Below, piece after piece: positions 18,193-27,147 of a stretch of 46,973 nt of DNA. Made by a program: the position numbers and the translations under genes. Every line of letters starts with the position of its first letter. Within the stretch, counting starts at the first letter, position 1. Source of the stretch: Gemmatimonadota bacterium (GTDB taxonomy: Bacteria; Gemmatimonadota; Gemmatimonadetes; Longimicrobiales; RSA9); assembly GCA_019689775.1 (NCBI GenBank), contig JADGGV010000002.1, positions 1 to 46,973 on the forward strand. Reading direction: 5' to 3'. The notes beneath the pieces are model-generated. The model was not told the origin of the DNA. It did not search any database and saw only the letters and a list, made by a program, of their open reading frames with translations.

Positions 18193-19349
18193 GCGGTGAC
18201 CTCCTTCTCCAGCAGCGCCCGGGTGGGCGCGTGCACGATCTCGCCCTGGTAGGTCACGCAGCAGCCGCCGGTGATCTCGTCCTCCAGGTCGATCTTCGCC
18301 TCACCGCCCGGCGCCAGATACTCCAGCAGCGCCGCGATGTTGCGCGCGAACATCTGGCTCGCGTGGTACGGCATCTGGCTCGGCAGGTTCAGCGGCGCCA
18401 GCACGGTGACGCTGCCGTGCACGACGGTCTCGCCGGGGCGCGTCACCTCGCAGTTGCCGCCCATCTCGGCGGCCAGGTCCACGATCACCGAGCCGGGCGC
18501 CATCGCCTCGACGGTCGACGTCGGAAGCAGGATCGGCGCGCGCCGCCCCGGCACCAGCGCCGTCGTGATCACGACGTCCGCCTTGGCCGCGTGCGCCCGG
18601 ATGATCTCCTGCTCCCGGGCCAGGTGCTCCTCCGCCAGCGCCTTGGCGTAGCCGCCCGCGTCCTGCGCCTCCTCGTGCGAGACGTCCAGCGAGATGAAGC
18701 TCGCGCCCAGGCTCTCGACCTGCTCCTTCGTCGCCGGCCGCGTGTCGGCCGCTTCCACCACCGCGCCCAGCCGCCGCGCCGTCGCGATCGCCTGGAGCCC
18801 CGCCACGCCGGCGCCCAGCACCAGCACCCGCGCCGGCGCCACCGTCCCGGCCGCGGTCATCAGCATCGGGAAGAACTTCCCCGTCGCGTTCGCCGCCAGC
18901 AGCGTCGCCTTGTACCCCGCAACGGTGCTCTGGCTGCTCAGCGCATCCATCTTCTGCGCCCGCGTGATCCGCGGCACCAGCTCCAACCCGAACGCCGAGA
19001 CGCCGCGCTCCGCCAGGCGCGCCATCGCCGGCGGACACGTCTGCGGGTAGAGGAACGAGATCAGGATCGCGCCCGGGCGCAGCAGCTCGGTCTCGTCCGG
19101 CCCCGAGCCCTCCCGCACCGCCGGCCGCTGGACCTTCAGCACGCAATCGGCGCCGAAGACCGCCTCCGGGTCCGCCACGACCTCCGCGCCCGCCGCGACG
19201 TAGGCCGCGTCCGGGAAGCCCGCCCGCTCCCCCGCGCCACGCTCGACCACGACGCCGAAGCCCGCCTGCACCAGCCGGCGCACCACCTCGGGCACCAGCG
19301 CCACCCGGCGCTCCCCCGCCACGACCTCCAGTGGAACGGCGACTCTCAT
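18189..19349 (-). CDS. pntAA: NAD(P) transhydrogenase subunit alpha part 1 (domain I)
   Basis: Alanine-dehydrogenase/PNT fold with the Rossmann motif VLVLGAGVAGLQAI. The ATG at 19349 (MRVAVPLE) is preceded by GGAG. The longer track ORF is rejected. Confidence 0.92.
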   Translation of the reverse strand: MRVAVPLEVVAGERRVALVPEVVRRLVQAGFGVVVERGAGERAGFPDAAYVAAGAEVVADPEAVFGADCVLKVQRPAVREGSGPDETELLRPGAILISFLYPQTCPPAMARLAERGVSAFGLELVPRITRAQKMDALSSQSTVAGYKATLLAANATGKFFPMLMTAAGTVAPARVLVLGAGVAGLQAIATARRLGAVVEAADTRPATKEQVESLGASFISLDVSHEEAQDAGGYAKALAEEHLAREQEIIRAHAAKADVVITTALVPGRRAPILLPTSTVEAMAPGSVIVDLAAEMGGNCEVTRPGETVVHGSVTVLAPLNLPSQMPYHASQMFARNIAALLEYLAPGGEAKIDLEDEITGGCCVTYQGEIVHAPTRALLEKEVTA

Positions 19350-19533
19350 CCGTCGATCTCCGATCTGCTGATCACGAGGGGATACCGAGGACGGCCCGCG
19401 ACGGGCACCCGACCGGCTCGCGGCGCACGCCGGCACCGCCGGTCTCGCCGCCTCCCGCCGATCCCGCCTCGGCGCGTGGGAGAGAATGCGCGCATGTCGT
19501 ACGATACCCGGCAGGCGTGCGCGTGTCGAGGCC

Positions 19534-20526
19534 TCATATGTCGCCGGAGCGGCCGAGCTGGCGCAAAATCCAGGTCGCCGCGCCGATCGAGCCGGCATGC
19601 GCGCCGAGCTTCGGCGGCACGATGCGCAGCTCGTCGGCGGCGGCGCGGAGCGCGCGCCGGCGCATGACCTCGTCGACGATCGGCAGGAGCTGCGGCATGC
19701 CGTCCACGACGCCGCCGCCGAGGACGAGGAGGCAGGGGTTGAAGCCGTTGACGATCGCGGCGGCGCCGGCGCCGAGGGCCTCGCCGGTCTCGAGGACGAG
19801 GCGGCGGGCGAGGGGGTCGCCGGCCTCGGCGGCCCGCGCGACGGTGTGGGCGGCGATGCGGTCGATGTCGCCGTCCTCGCGCGCGAGGAGCGTGGCGCCG
19901 AGCGCCGGGTCGGCCCGGACCGCGGCGCGGGCCCGCTCCGCGATCGCCCAGCCGCCGGCGTACGCCTCGACGCAGCCGCGGTTGCCGCATCGGCAGACCG
20001 GCCCGTGCAGGTCGACGGTGATGTGGCCGACCTCGCCGGCGCTGCCGCCAGCGCCGCGCACCAGCTCGCCGTTCGCGATGACGCCGCCGCCGACGCCGGT
20101 GCCGACGAACATGCAGACGAGGTCGTCGACGCCGTGGCCGGCGCCGTGCACCCATTCGCCGTAGGTGGCGGCCTGGACGTCGTTCAGGACGGCGACGGGG
20201 AGGTGGACCGAGTCCTCGAGCTGCGCCTTGAGCGGGAAGTCGGTCCAGTGGAGGTTCGGCGCGTGGCGGACGGCGCCCGTGTCGGGATCGACCTGCCCGG
20301 CGACGCCGACGCCGATGCCGACGACCTCGCGGTCACCGGCGGCGTCGCAGAGGGTGCGGGCGGCCTCCGCGATGGCGAGCACGATCTGCTCGCCGCCCCG
20401 CGCCGGCTCCGAGGGGCGACGGACATCGCACAGGACCTGCCCGTCCTCGGTCACCAGGGCGGCGGCGAGCTTCGTTCCGCCGAGGTCGACGCCGATCGTG
20501 AGCGGCGCATCTTTCCGCGAGGTCAT
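19534..20526 (-). CDS. ROK-family sugar kinase (glucokinase-like)
   Basis: N-terminal ATP motif IGVDLGGTK. ROK zinc motif GHITVDLHGPVCRCGNRGCVEAY. Confidence 0.88.
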   Translation of the reverse strand: MTSRKDAPLTIGVDLGGTKLAAALVTEDGQVLCDVRRPSEPARGGEQIVLAIAEAARTLCDAAGDREVVGIGVGVAGQVDPDTGAVRHAPNLHWTDFPLKAQLEDSVHLPVAVLNDVQAATYGEWVHGAGHGVDDLVCMFVGTGVGGGVIANGELVRGAGGSAGEVGHITVDLHGPVCRCGNRGCVEAYAGGWAIAERARAAVRADPALGATLLAREDGDIDRIAAHTVARAAEAGDPLARRLVLETGEALGAGAAAIVNGFNPCLLVLGGGVVDGMPQLLPIVDEVMRRRALRAAADELRIVPPKLGAHAGSIGAATWILRQLGRSGDI

Positions 20527-20629
20527 CCGCTGCGCAGATCGAGGGATGAGGCGTGCCGGCGGCCGGTCCACGTCGGCCGACGCTGCATCTTACGGCGCCG
20601 GAGCGCGATCGGCCAGCGCCGGCGGCGGC

Positions 20630-21184
20630 TCAGCGACGCGCCGGCCGCAGCAGGCGCGCCCCGGCGCCGAGGCAGGCGAGCGTGACGAGCGCGATGACGG
20701 CCCATTCGCCGGGCCCGGCGTGGACCGGCAGCGCCATCGGCTGCGCGGTCGCGTGCGGCGCGGCGACGGCGGGAGCGTGCGCCGCGTGCTCCGCGGCGAC
20801 GGCTGCGGGCGCGCCGGCCGCCGGCGCCCCGGCGGGCGGCTCGGCGGCGGTCAGCGCGAGGTCGGCTCGGGCGGAGACGTCGCCGTCCGGCGCGAGGAGC
20901 ACGACCGTGTACGCGCCGGCGCGCGCCTCGGCCGGCAGGCGGAGCGTGGACTGGAACGCGCCGGCGCGGTCGGTCGTCACCTCGCCGAGCGGGTAGCTGG
21001 CGAGCGGGCCGCGCAGGACGACGCGGAACGTCGTCGCCTTGGAGAGCTTCTCACCGCGCAGCGCGAGCGAGTCACCGGGCGCCGCCTGGCTGGCGCCGAG
21101 GTAGATGCGGCCGTGCTCATGGGCGATGGCCGGGGCGGCGGCGAGCGCGACGAGGAGGAGCGCGGCGAGCCAGCGTCGGGTCAT
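20630..21184 (-). CDS. secreted, C-terminally anchored His-rich protein (possible CopC-like beta-sandwich)
   Basis: Signal peptide MTRRWLAALLLVALAAAPAIA, then a predicted mature N-terminus HEHG. Beta-rich body (AGAYTVVLLAPDGDV), a His/Ala/Pro linker and a terminal TM helix. Starts 5 nt after the cytochrome b stop. Confidence 0.6.
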   Translation of the reverse strand: MTRRWLAALLLVALAAAPAIAHEHGRIYLGASQAAPGDSLALRGEKLSKATTFRVVLRGPLASYPLGEVTTDRAGAFQSTLRLPAEARAGAYTVVLLAPDGDVSARADLALTAAEPPAGAPAAGAPAAVAAEHAAHAPAVAAPHATAQPMALPVHAGPGEWAVIALVTLACLGAGARLLRPARR

Positions 21185-21189
21185 GGCGA

Positions 21190-22344
21190 TCACATCCCGA
21201 GATGGGCCATCTGCGGCGCGATGGCGCCGTAGAGCAGCGTTCCGAGGAACAGCAGGAGGAAGGCGACGCCGGCGGCGACGACCCAGCGCGGGCGGCCGCC
21301 GGCCGCATCGTCCCGCCGGTCGACGAGCGGCACGACGGCGAGCGCCCCGAACACGACGAGCGGGGCGACGATCATCCCGACCATGCCGAGCGAGTTCTCG
21401 AACGTGTAGATCCAGAGGAACGGCCAGAACGGCTTCGTGACCTCGACGCCCTCGACCGCCGGGTAGCCCAGGTGCGGCGGCGCGACCGCGGCGAGGATGG
21501 CGAGCGCGCCGTAGAGGAGGAGCGCGGTGCCGCCGAGCCGGCGCAGGTGCTGCGCGAACGTGGATGTCCGCGCCTCGGCCGTGTGGATGCCGAGCCAGCG
21601 GACGAGCCAGAAGTGGAGCGCGACGAGCGCGACGAGGAGGAGCGGCAGCAGCCCGACGTGCGCGTTGTGGACCCGCGCGAGCAGCGAGGTCGAGGGCGCG
21701 AAGTCGGGCGAGGCCGGCGCGCCGAGCGGCCCGAGGAGCGTGCCGCCCGCCACGGCGTGGGCGAGCGCTTCCCCGCCCTCCTGGTCGCCGCGCAGCACGG
21801 TGCCGGTGAACGCGAATGCGAACAGGAGCAGGAGCAGCAGGACGCCGCTCCACCACTGCACCTCGCGCGGCGGCCGGTAGCTGCGCCGGGCGAAGACCCA
21901 GCACAGGTGGAGGAAGACGGTCACGAGCACGATGCTCGCGCCCCAGTAATGCAGCGCGCGCAGCCACCAGCCGAGCGGCACGCGCGTCACGATGTAGACG
22001 ACGCTGTCGTGCGCGCCGAGCGGCGCCGGGTTGTAGAACTGGTCGAGCAGGACGCCGGTGACGATGAGCAGGAGGATGCCGAAGAACGTGAGGCCGCCGA
22101 GCATGTACGGCACCCGGTTGGCGGTGGGCGCCACCGGGTAATGGAGCGCGTCGAGCGCGAAGCGGGCGCGCCAGGACCGGGCCGACGAGGTCGGCGGAGC
22201 GGCGTCGGGTGCGGCTTCGCGGGTCTGATCGAGCGTGGCCAAAGGACTCGACGGGTGTGGGTGGCTCGTTCTCCGGCCCGGCTCGGGGGCTCGGCCGGCG
22301 CGGCGGCCGGGTGCGGCACGCCTTGTGGGGTATGAGCCGGGCAT
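21190..22344 (-). CDS. fused cytochrome b (b6 N-terminal domain + subunit IV-like C-terminal domain)
   Basis: Heme-ligand contexts RALHYWGAS, VFLHLCW, HNAHVG and ALHFWLV, plus the C-terminal motif KPFWPFLWIY. The start is uncertain: ATG 22344 was chosen, and no clear SD is present. Confidence 0.78.
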   Translation of the reverse strand: MPGSYPTRRAAPGRRAGRAPEPGRRTSHPHPSSPLATLDQTREAAPDAAPPTSSARSWRARFALDALHYPVAPTANRVPYMLGGLTFFGILLLIVTGVLLDQFYNPAPLGAHDSVVYIVTRVPLGWWLRALHYWGASIVLVTVFLHLCWVFARRSYRPPREVQWWSGVLLLLLLFAFAFTGTVLRGDQEGGEALAHAVAGGTLLGPLGAPASPDFAPSTSLLARVHNAHVGLLPLLLVALVALHFWLVRWLGIHTAEARTSTFAQHLRRLGGTALLLYGALAILAAVAPPHLGYPAVEGVEVTKPFWPFLWIYTFENSLGMVGMIVAPLVVFGALAVVPLVDRRDDAAGGRPRWVVAAGVAFLLLFLGTLLYGAIAPQMAHLGM

Positions 22345-22571
22345 GGTAAGGGCGTCCCGGCGGGTGCGCAAGCCGACCGGCCGGTTGCCCGCCCCCCATG
22401 TGCGGCCCATTCTTCCCGCGCGCCGCGGGGCGGGAGCGCGGCGCGTGGCAGCCGCGACCGCGATGGGCGCCCCACCCCCGTCCGAGACCGGCACCGGCCC
22501 GGGGGACCGCCGCCGATCCCGCGGGCCCGCATGGATGGCGAGGCGGCAGAACGTTGGACGGTTCATCGATC

Positions 22572-25124
22572 GTGTCGAGGCTGCGGAAGGTGGCGGGCCC
22601 GCTCGCCGGGCTGGTCGTCTTTCTCGTCGCGGTGTGGGTGCTGCACTCCGCGCTGCGGCGCTACCACTACCGCGACATCGTCCATGCGCTCCATGCGCTG
22701 CCGGACGCGCGCATCCTCCTCGCGCTCCTGCTGACGGCGGCCAACTACCTCGTGCTTACCGGGTACGACGCGCTCGGGCTGCGCTACATCCGCAAGCCGC
22801 TGGCGTACCCCCGCATCGCGTTCGCCTCCTTCATCGCCTACGCGTTCAGCCACAATCTCGGCTTCCCGCTGCTGACGGGCGCGCCGCTGCGCTTCCGCCT
22901 GTACTCGGCGTGGGGCCTCTCCGCCGTCGAGGTGACGAACGTCATCGCGTTCAACAGCCTGACGTTCTTCCTCGGCCTGTTCACGGTCGGCGGCCTCGTC
23001 TTCGCGCTCTCGCCGCTCGAGATCCCGCACGTCCTGCACGTCCCGTTCGCCTCCGTGCGCCCCGTCGGCGCGATCTTCCTCGCGATCGCGGCGCTGTACC
23101 TGTTCTGGGGGCGGCTCGAGCGCCAGCCGCTCCGCATCCGCGGCTGGGAGTTCGCGTTCCCCACCACGCGCCTCTCGCTGCTCCAGATGCTCGTCTCGGC
23201 CACCGATTGGGCGCTGGCGGGCGGCATCTTCTGGGCGGTCCTCCCACCCTCGGCGCATGTCTCGTACTCCGGTGCGCTGACCATCTACCTGCTCGCCCAG
23301 ACGGCCGGGCTGGTCACGAACATCCCCGGCGGGCTCGGCGTCTTCGAGGCCGTCGTGCTCGTGCTCCTCGAGGAGCGGGCGCCGCCGGACGCGATCCTCG
23401 GCTCGCTGCTGGCGTATCGCGGCATCTACTACCTGCTCCCGCTCGTCACCGCGTCGGTGCTGCTCGCCGGGCACGAGGCGCGGCAGCGGACGGAGGACGT
23501 GCGGCGCGTGGCGCGCGTCGTCGGTCGCTGGGCGCCCGTCGTCGCCCCGCAGCTCCTGGCGTTCACGACGTTCCTCGCCGGCGCCATCCTGCTCTTCTCC
23601 GGGGCGACGCCGGCGATCCACTCGCGCCTGCGCTTCCTGAACGACTTCCTCCCGCTCGGGGTCATCGAGGCCTCGCATTTCCTGGCCAGCCTCGCCGGCG
23701 CCGGGCTCCTCCTCCTGGCGCGCGGCATCCAGCGGCGCATCGACGCCGCGTTCGGCCTGACCGTCGCGCTGCTGCTCGCCGGGATCGCGCTCTCGCTCCT
23801 CAAGGGCGCCGACTACGAGGAGGCGATCGCGCTCGGCGTGATGCTCCTCGCGCTCCTCCCCGCGCGCCGCTACTTCTACCGCCGCGCCTCGCTCACCGGC
23901 GAGCCGTTCACGATCGGCTGGATCGTCGCCATCGCGATCGTGCTCGCCGGCTCGATCTGGCTCGGCTTCTTCTCCTACAAGCACGTCGAGTACTCGAGCG
24001 AGCTGTTCTGGCGCTTCGCGCTCCGCGGCGATGCGCCGCGGTTCCTGCGCGCCTCCGTCGGCGCGGTCGGGCTGGTCATGCTGGTCGCCGCGTCGCGCCT
24101 GCTGCGGCCAGCGCCGCCGGAGCCGACGCTGGCGACGCCGGCGGAGCTGGCGCGCGCGAGAGAGATCATCGCGCGCTCGCCCGACACGAGCGCGAACCTC
24201 GCGCTGCTCGGCGACAAGGCGCTCCTCTTCAGCGAGAGCGGGCGCGCGTTCATCATGTACGCGGTCGAGGGCCGCACCTGGGTCGCGCTCGGCGACCCGG
24301 TCGGCCCGGAGGAGGAGTGGCCCGAGCTGATCTGGCGCTTCCGCGAGCTGGTCGATCGGCACGGCGGCTGGACGGTCTTCTACCAGGTCAAGACGGCCGG
24401 GCTCCCGCTCTTCCTCGACCTCGGGCTGACCCTGCTCAAGCTCGGCGAGGAGGCGCGCGTGCCGCTCGCGGACTTCTCCCTCGAGGGCGGGGCGCGGAAG
24501 GGGATGCGCCGCGTGCACCACCGACTGGCCAAGGAGGGGTGCACCTTCGCCATCGTGCCGGTCGAGGAGGTGCCGGCGCTGCTCCCCGAGCTGCGCCGGA
24601 TCTCCGACGCCTGGCTGGCCGCGAAGCGGACCCGCGAGAAGGGCTTCTCGCTCGGCGCGTTCGACGAGCGCTACATCGCGAACTTCCCGGTCGCCGTCGT
24701 GCGCTGCGGCGGGCGCATCGTCGCGTTCGCGAACCTCTGGCTCGGCGCGGACCGCGAGGAGCTGTCCGTCGACATCATGCGCTACGCCGCGGACGCGCCC
24801 GAGGACGTGATGGAGTACCTCTTCATCGAGCTGATGCTCTGGGGGAAAGCGCAGGGATACCGCTGGTTCAGCCTGGGGATGGCGCCGCTGTCCGGGCTCG
24901 AGAACCGCACCCTGGCGCCGCTCTGGAACCGGCTCGGCGCGCTCGTCTTCCGCTACGGCGAGAACTTCTACTCCTTCCAGGGCCTGCGGCAGTACAAGGA
25001 GAAGTTCGCGCCGGTGTGGGAGCCGAAGTACCTCGCCTCGCCCGGCGGGCTCAACCTGCCGCGGATCCTGACCAGCGTGGCCGCGCTCATCTCCGGCGGC
25101 CTCAAGGGCGTCGTCAGCCGCTAG
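22572..25124 (+). CDS. mprF: bifunctional lysyl-phosphatidylglycerol flippase/synthetase MprF-like
   Basis: About 500 aa of polytopic N-terminal domain, plus a C-terminal aminoacyl-PG synthase domain (EKGFSLGAF, FRYGENFYSFQGLRQYKEKF). The GTG start at 22572 is tentative. Confidence 0.87.
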   Translation: MSRLRKVAGPLAGLVVFLVAVWVLHSALRRYHYRDIVHALHALPDARILLALLLTAANYLVLTGYDALGLRYIRKPLAYPRIAFASFIAYAFSHNLGFPLLTGAPLRFRLYSAWGLSAVEVTNVIAFNSLTFFLGLFTVGGLVFALSPLEIPHVLHVPFASVRPVGAIFLAIAALYLFWGRLERQPLRIRGWEFAFPTTRLSLLQMLVSATDWALAGGIFWAVLPPSAHVSYSGALTIYLLAQTAGLVTNIPGGLGVFEAVVLVLLEERAPPDAILGSLLAYRGIYYLLPLVTASVLLAGHEARQRTEDVRRVARVVGRWAPVVAPQLLAFTTFLAGAILLFSGATPAIHSRLRFLNDFLPLGVIEASHFLASLAGAGLLLLARGIQRRIDAAFGLTVALLLAGIALSLLKGADYEEAIALGVMLLALLPARRYFYRRASLTGEPFTIGWIVAIAIVLAGSIWLGFFSYKHVEYSSELFWRFALRGDAPRFLRASVGAVGLVMLVAASRLLRPAPPEPTLATPAELARAREIIARSPDTSANLALLGDKALLFSESGRAFIMYAVEGRTWVALGDPVGPEEEWPELIWRFRELVDRHGGWTVFYQVKTAGLPLFLDLGLTLLKLGEEARVPLADFSLEGGARKGMRRVHHRLAKEGCTFAIVPVEEVPALLPELRRISDAWLAAKRTREKGFSLGAFDERYIANFPVAVVRCGGRIVAFANLWLGADREELSVDIMRYAADAPEDVMEYLFIELMLWGKAQGYRWFSLGMAPLSGLENRTLAPLWNRLGALVFRYGENFYSFQGLRQYKEKFAPVWEPKYLASPGGLNLPRILTSVAALISGGLKGVVSR

Positions 25125-27147
25125 TCGTGCGGAGCAGCGCGCGGAGCGTTTCGGCGACGCTCCAGGCCTGCGCGACGCAGCCGCGCGAGGTGTAGGGCGG
25201 CTCGGCGTCGAAGATCTCCGAGATCGTGCCGATGCAGTCGTGGCCGAGCGAGTCGATCAGGCCGTCGAGCCAGCCGTGCGCGGTCTGCACGTCGCCCGGG
25301 TGCACGCGGAGCCACGCATCGACGAACGGGCCGATGAGCCAGGGCCAGACGGTGCCCTGGTGGTAAGCGGCGTCGCGCGCGCGGCGGTCGCCGAAGTAGG
25401 TGGGCTTGTAATCGGGGTCGCCGGGGGCCAGCGACCGAAGGCCGACCGGCGTGAGGAGCTTCTCGCGCACCATGCGCAGCACGTCGACCCAGCGAGCGGG
25501 GTCGAGCACGGGGTGCTCCAGCGAGATGGCGAGCACCTGGTTCGGCCGGCACTTCGGGTCGTCGCCCTCCGGCCCGTCCACGACGTCGTAGAGGTAGCCG
25601 CCTTCGTCGTACCAGAAGCGGCGGTTGAACGAGAGCCGGCAGCGCTCGGCGAGCTCGCGGGCGCCGTCGGCCTCCTCGTCGCCGCGCTCGCGGAGCCACC
25701 CCTCCATCAGCCGCAGGGCGTTGTACCAGAGCGCGTTGATCTCGACGGACTTCCCGCGGCGTGGCGTGACGACCCAGTCGTCGACCTTCGCGTCCATCCA
25801 CGTGAGCTGGTACCCCTCCGCCCCCTGGATCACGAGGCCGTCGGCCGGATCGAGGCGGATGCCGAAGTCCGTCCCGGCGATGTGTCGGTTCAGGATGTCC
25901 TTCAGGCGCGGCAGGAGCAGCTCGAGCGTGTAGTGGTCGCCGGTGGCGCGGACGTAGCGGTCGATCGCGTGGAAGAACCAGAGCGTCGCGTCCGCGGTGT
26001 TGTAGAGCCCGGCGGACTGCCCCTCGGGGAACAGGTTCGGGATCAGCCCGTTGCGGATGTAGTGGGCGAAGGTGCGCAGGATGTAGCCCGCCTCGATCGC
26101 GCGGCCGGTGCAGAGCGCGAGCCCCTCGAGGCCGATCATCGTGTCGCGGCCCCAATCGGTGAACCAGGGGTAGCCGGCGATGATGGTGCGGACCTCGTCG
26201 CCGACGGCCTCGATGCGCGGCGTCTCGAGGCGGCGTCCGACCGGGCGGATCACGAACTGGTCGGCGGCAAGGACCAGCTCGGCGGCGGGCCCGGTCTGCG
26301 CGGCCGACGCGGCGAGCGCGACGAGCCGGCGGCGGCGCTCGCGCTCGGCGTCGATCGCCTCGTCGGGCGTCAACGCCTCGGCGATGCCCCAGTCCTCGGA
26401 GGACGCGAGAAAGCAGAGCGTGGTGTAGGGCGTCAGCTCCGCCGAGAAGACGCCCGGCGACCAGAGCGGCCCCACCGACGGGTAGCCGCGCAGCTCCTCG
26501 AGCCGATAGTGGACGTCCTCGACGACGCGGGCGTCGGCGATGAACGCGGGCGGCGCGCCGAGGATCTCGAGGCGGAGCGGTGGGTAGTCGGCGGCGGACG
26601 CGATCTCGTGCCGCGCCTCGACGGTGGTGTGGCGATAGGGCGCGTGCAGCGCGCTCGAGACCTCCGCGTCGTGGGAGCGGAGGTGGACCCACGGCCGGGC
26701 GCGCAGGCGCAGCGTGCGGCCGGAGAGCAGGCGGTAGAGGAGGAGCGTCGTGTTCTGGCGCGCGGGCATGACGATCCGGCGCTCGACGACGCGCCCGCCG
26801 AGCGCGTAGACCCACACGGGTAGACCCGTCTCGAGCCGGAACTCCCGTAGGCTGGCGGCGGCGGGCGCGGGGTCGGCGGTCTCACCCCGGTCGAGCGCCG
26901 TCAGCGCCATGGCGCCCCCGTCCCACTCGATGCGCTCGTCCACGTGCGCGAGCATCACCGTCCGCCCGAACCGCCCGCCGAGCGCGGCGACGAGGAGCGC
27001 GTGGTACCGCCGAGTCGGCACGCCGGCCAACGTGCACGCGGCGTAGCCGCCGAGCCCGTTCGTGACCAGCCATTCGTCCTGAAGAAGGCGCGCCGGATCG
27101 GGCGGATCGCCGGGCGGCCAGCTCAGGCGGCGGATCGGATCATCCAT
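25114..27147 (-). CDS. glycogen debranching enzyme (amylo-alpha-1,6-glucosidase, GDE_N + GDE_C type)
   Basis: N-terminus EWLVTNGLGGYAACTLAGVPTRRYHALL. (alpha/alpha)6 domain motifs GYPWFTDWGRDTMI and AQAWSVAE. The ATG at 27147 overlaps the treZ stop by 8 nt. Confidence 0.9.
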   Translation of the reverse strand: MDDPIRRLSWPPGDPPDPARLLQDEWLVTNGLGGYAACTLAGVPTRRYHALLVAALGGRFGRTVMLAHVDERIEWDGGAMALTALDRGETADPAPAAASLREFRLETGLPVWVYALGGRVVERRIVMPARQNTTLLLYRLLSGRTLRLRARPWVHLRSHDAEVSSALHAPYRHTTVEARHEIASAADYPPLRLEILGAPPAFIADARVVEDVHYRLEELRGYPSVGPLWSPGVFSAELTPYTTLCFLASSEDWGIAEALTPDEAIDAERERRRRLVALAASAAQTGPAAELVLAADQFVIRPVGRRLETPRIEAVGDEVRTIIAGYPWFTDWGRDTMIGLEGLALCTGRAIEAGYILRTFAHYIRNGLIPNLFPEGQSAGLYNTADATLWFFHAIDRYVRATGDHYTLELLLPRLKDILNRHIAGTDFGIRLDPADGLVIQGAEGYQLTWMDAKVDDWVVTPRRGKSVEINALWYNALRLMEGWLRERGDEEADGARELAERCRLSFNRRFWYDEGGYLYDVVDGPEGDDPKCRPNQVLAISLEHPVLDPARWVDVLRMVREKLLTPVGLRSLAPGDPDYKPTYFGDRRARDAAYHQGTVWPWLIGPFVDAWLRVHPGDVQTAHGWLDGLIDSLGHDCIGTISEIFDAEPPYTSRGCVAQAWSVAETLRALLRTTSG

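Noticed and set aside
22563-24521. 652-aa minus-strand ORF
   Set aside because: It is antisense to the polytopic mprF domain. Its composition is Arg/Glu/Asp/Ala-rich, and it is a shadow ORF.
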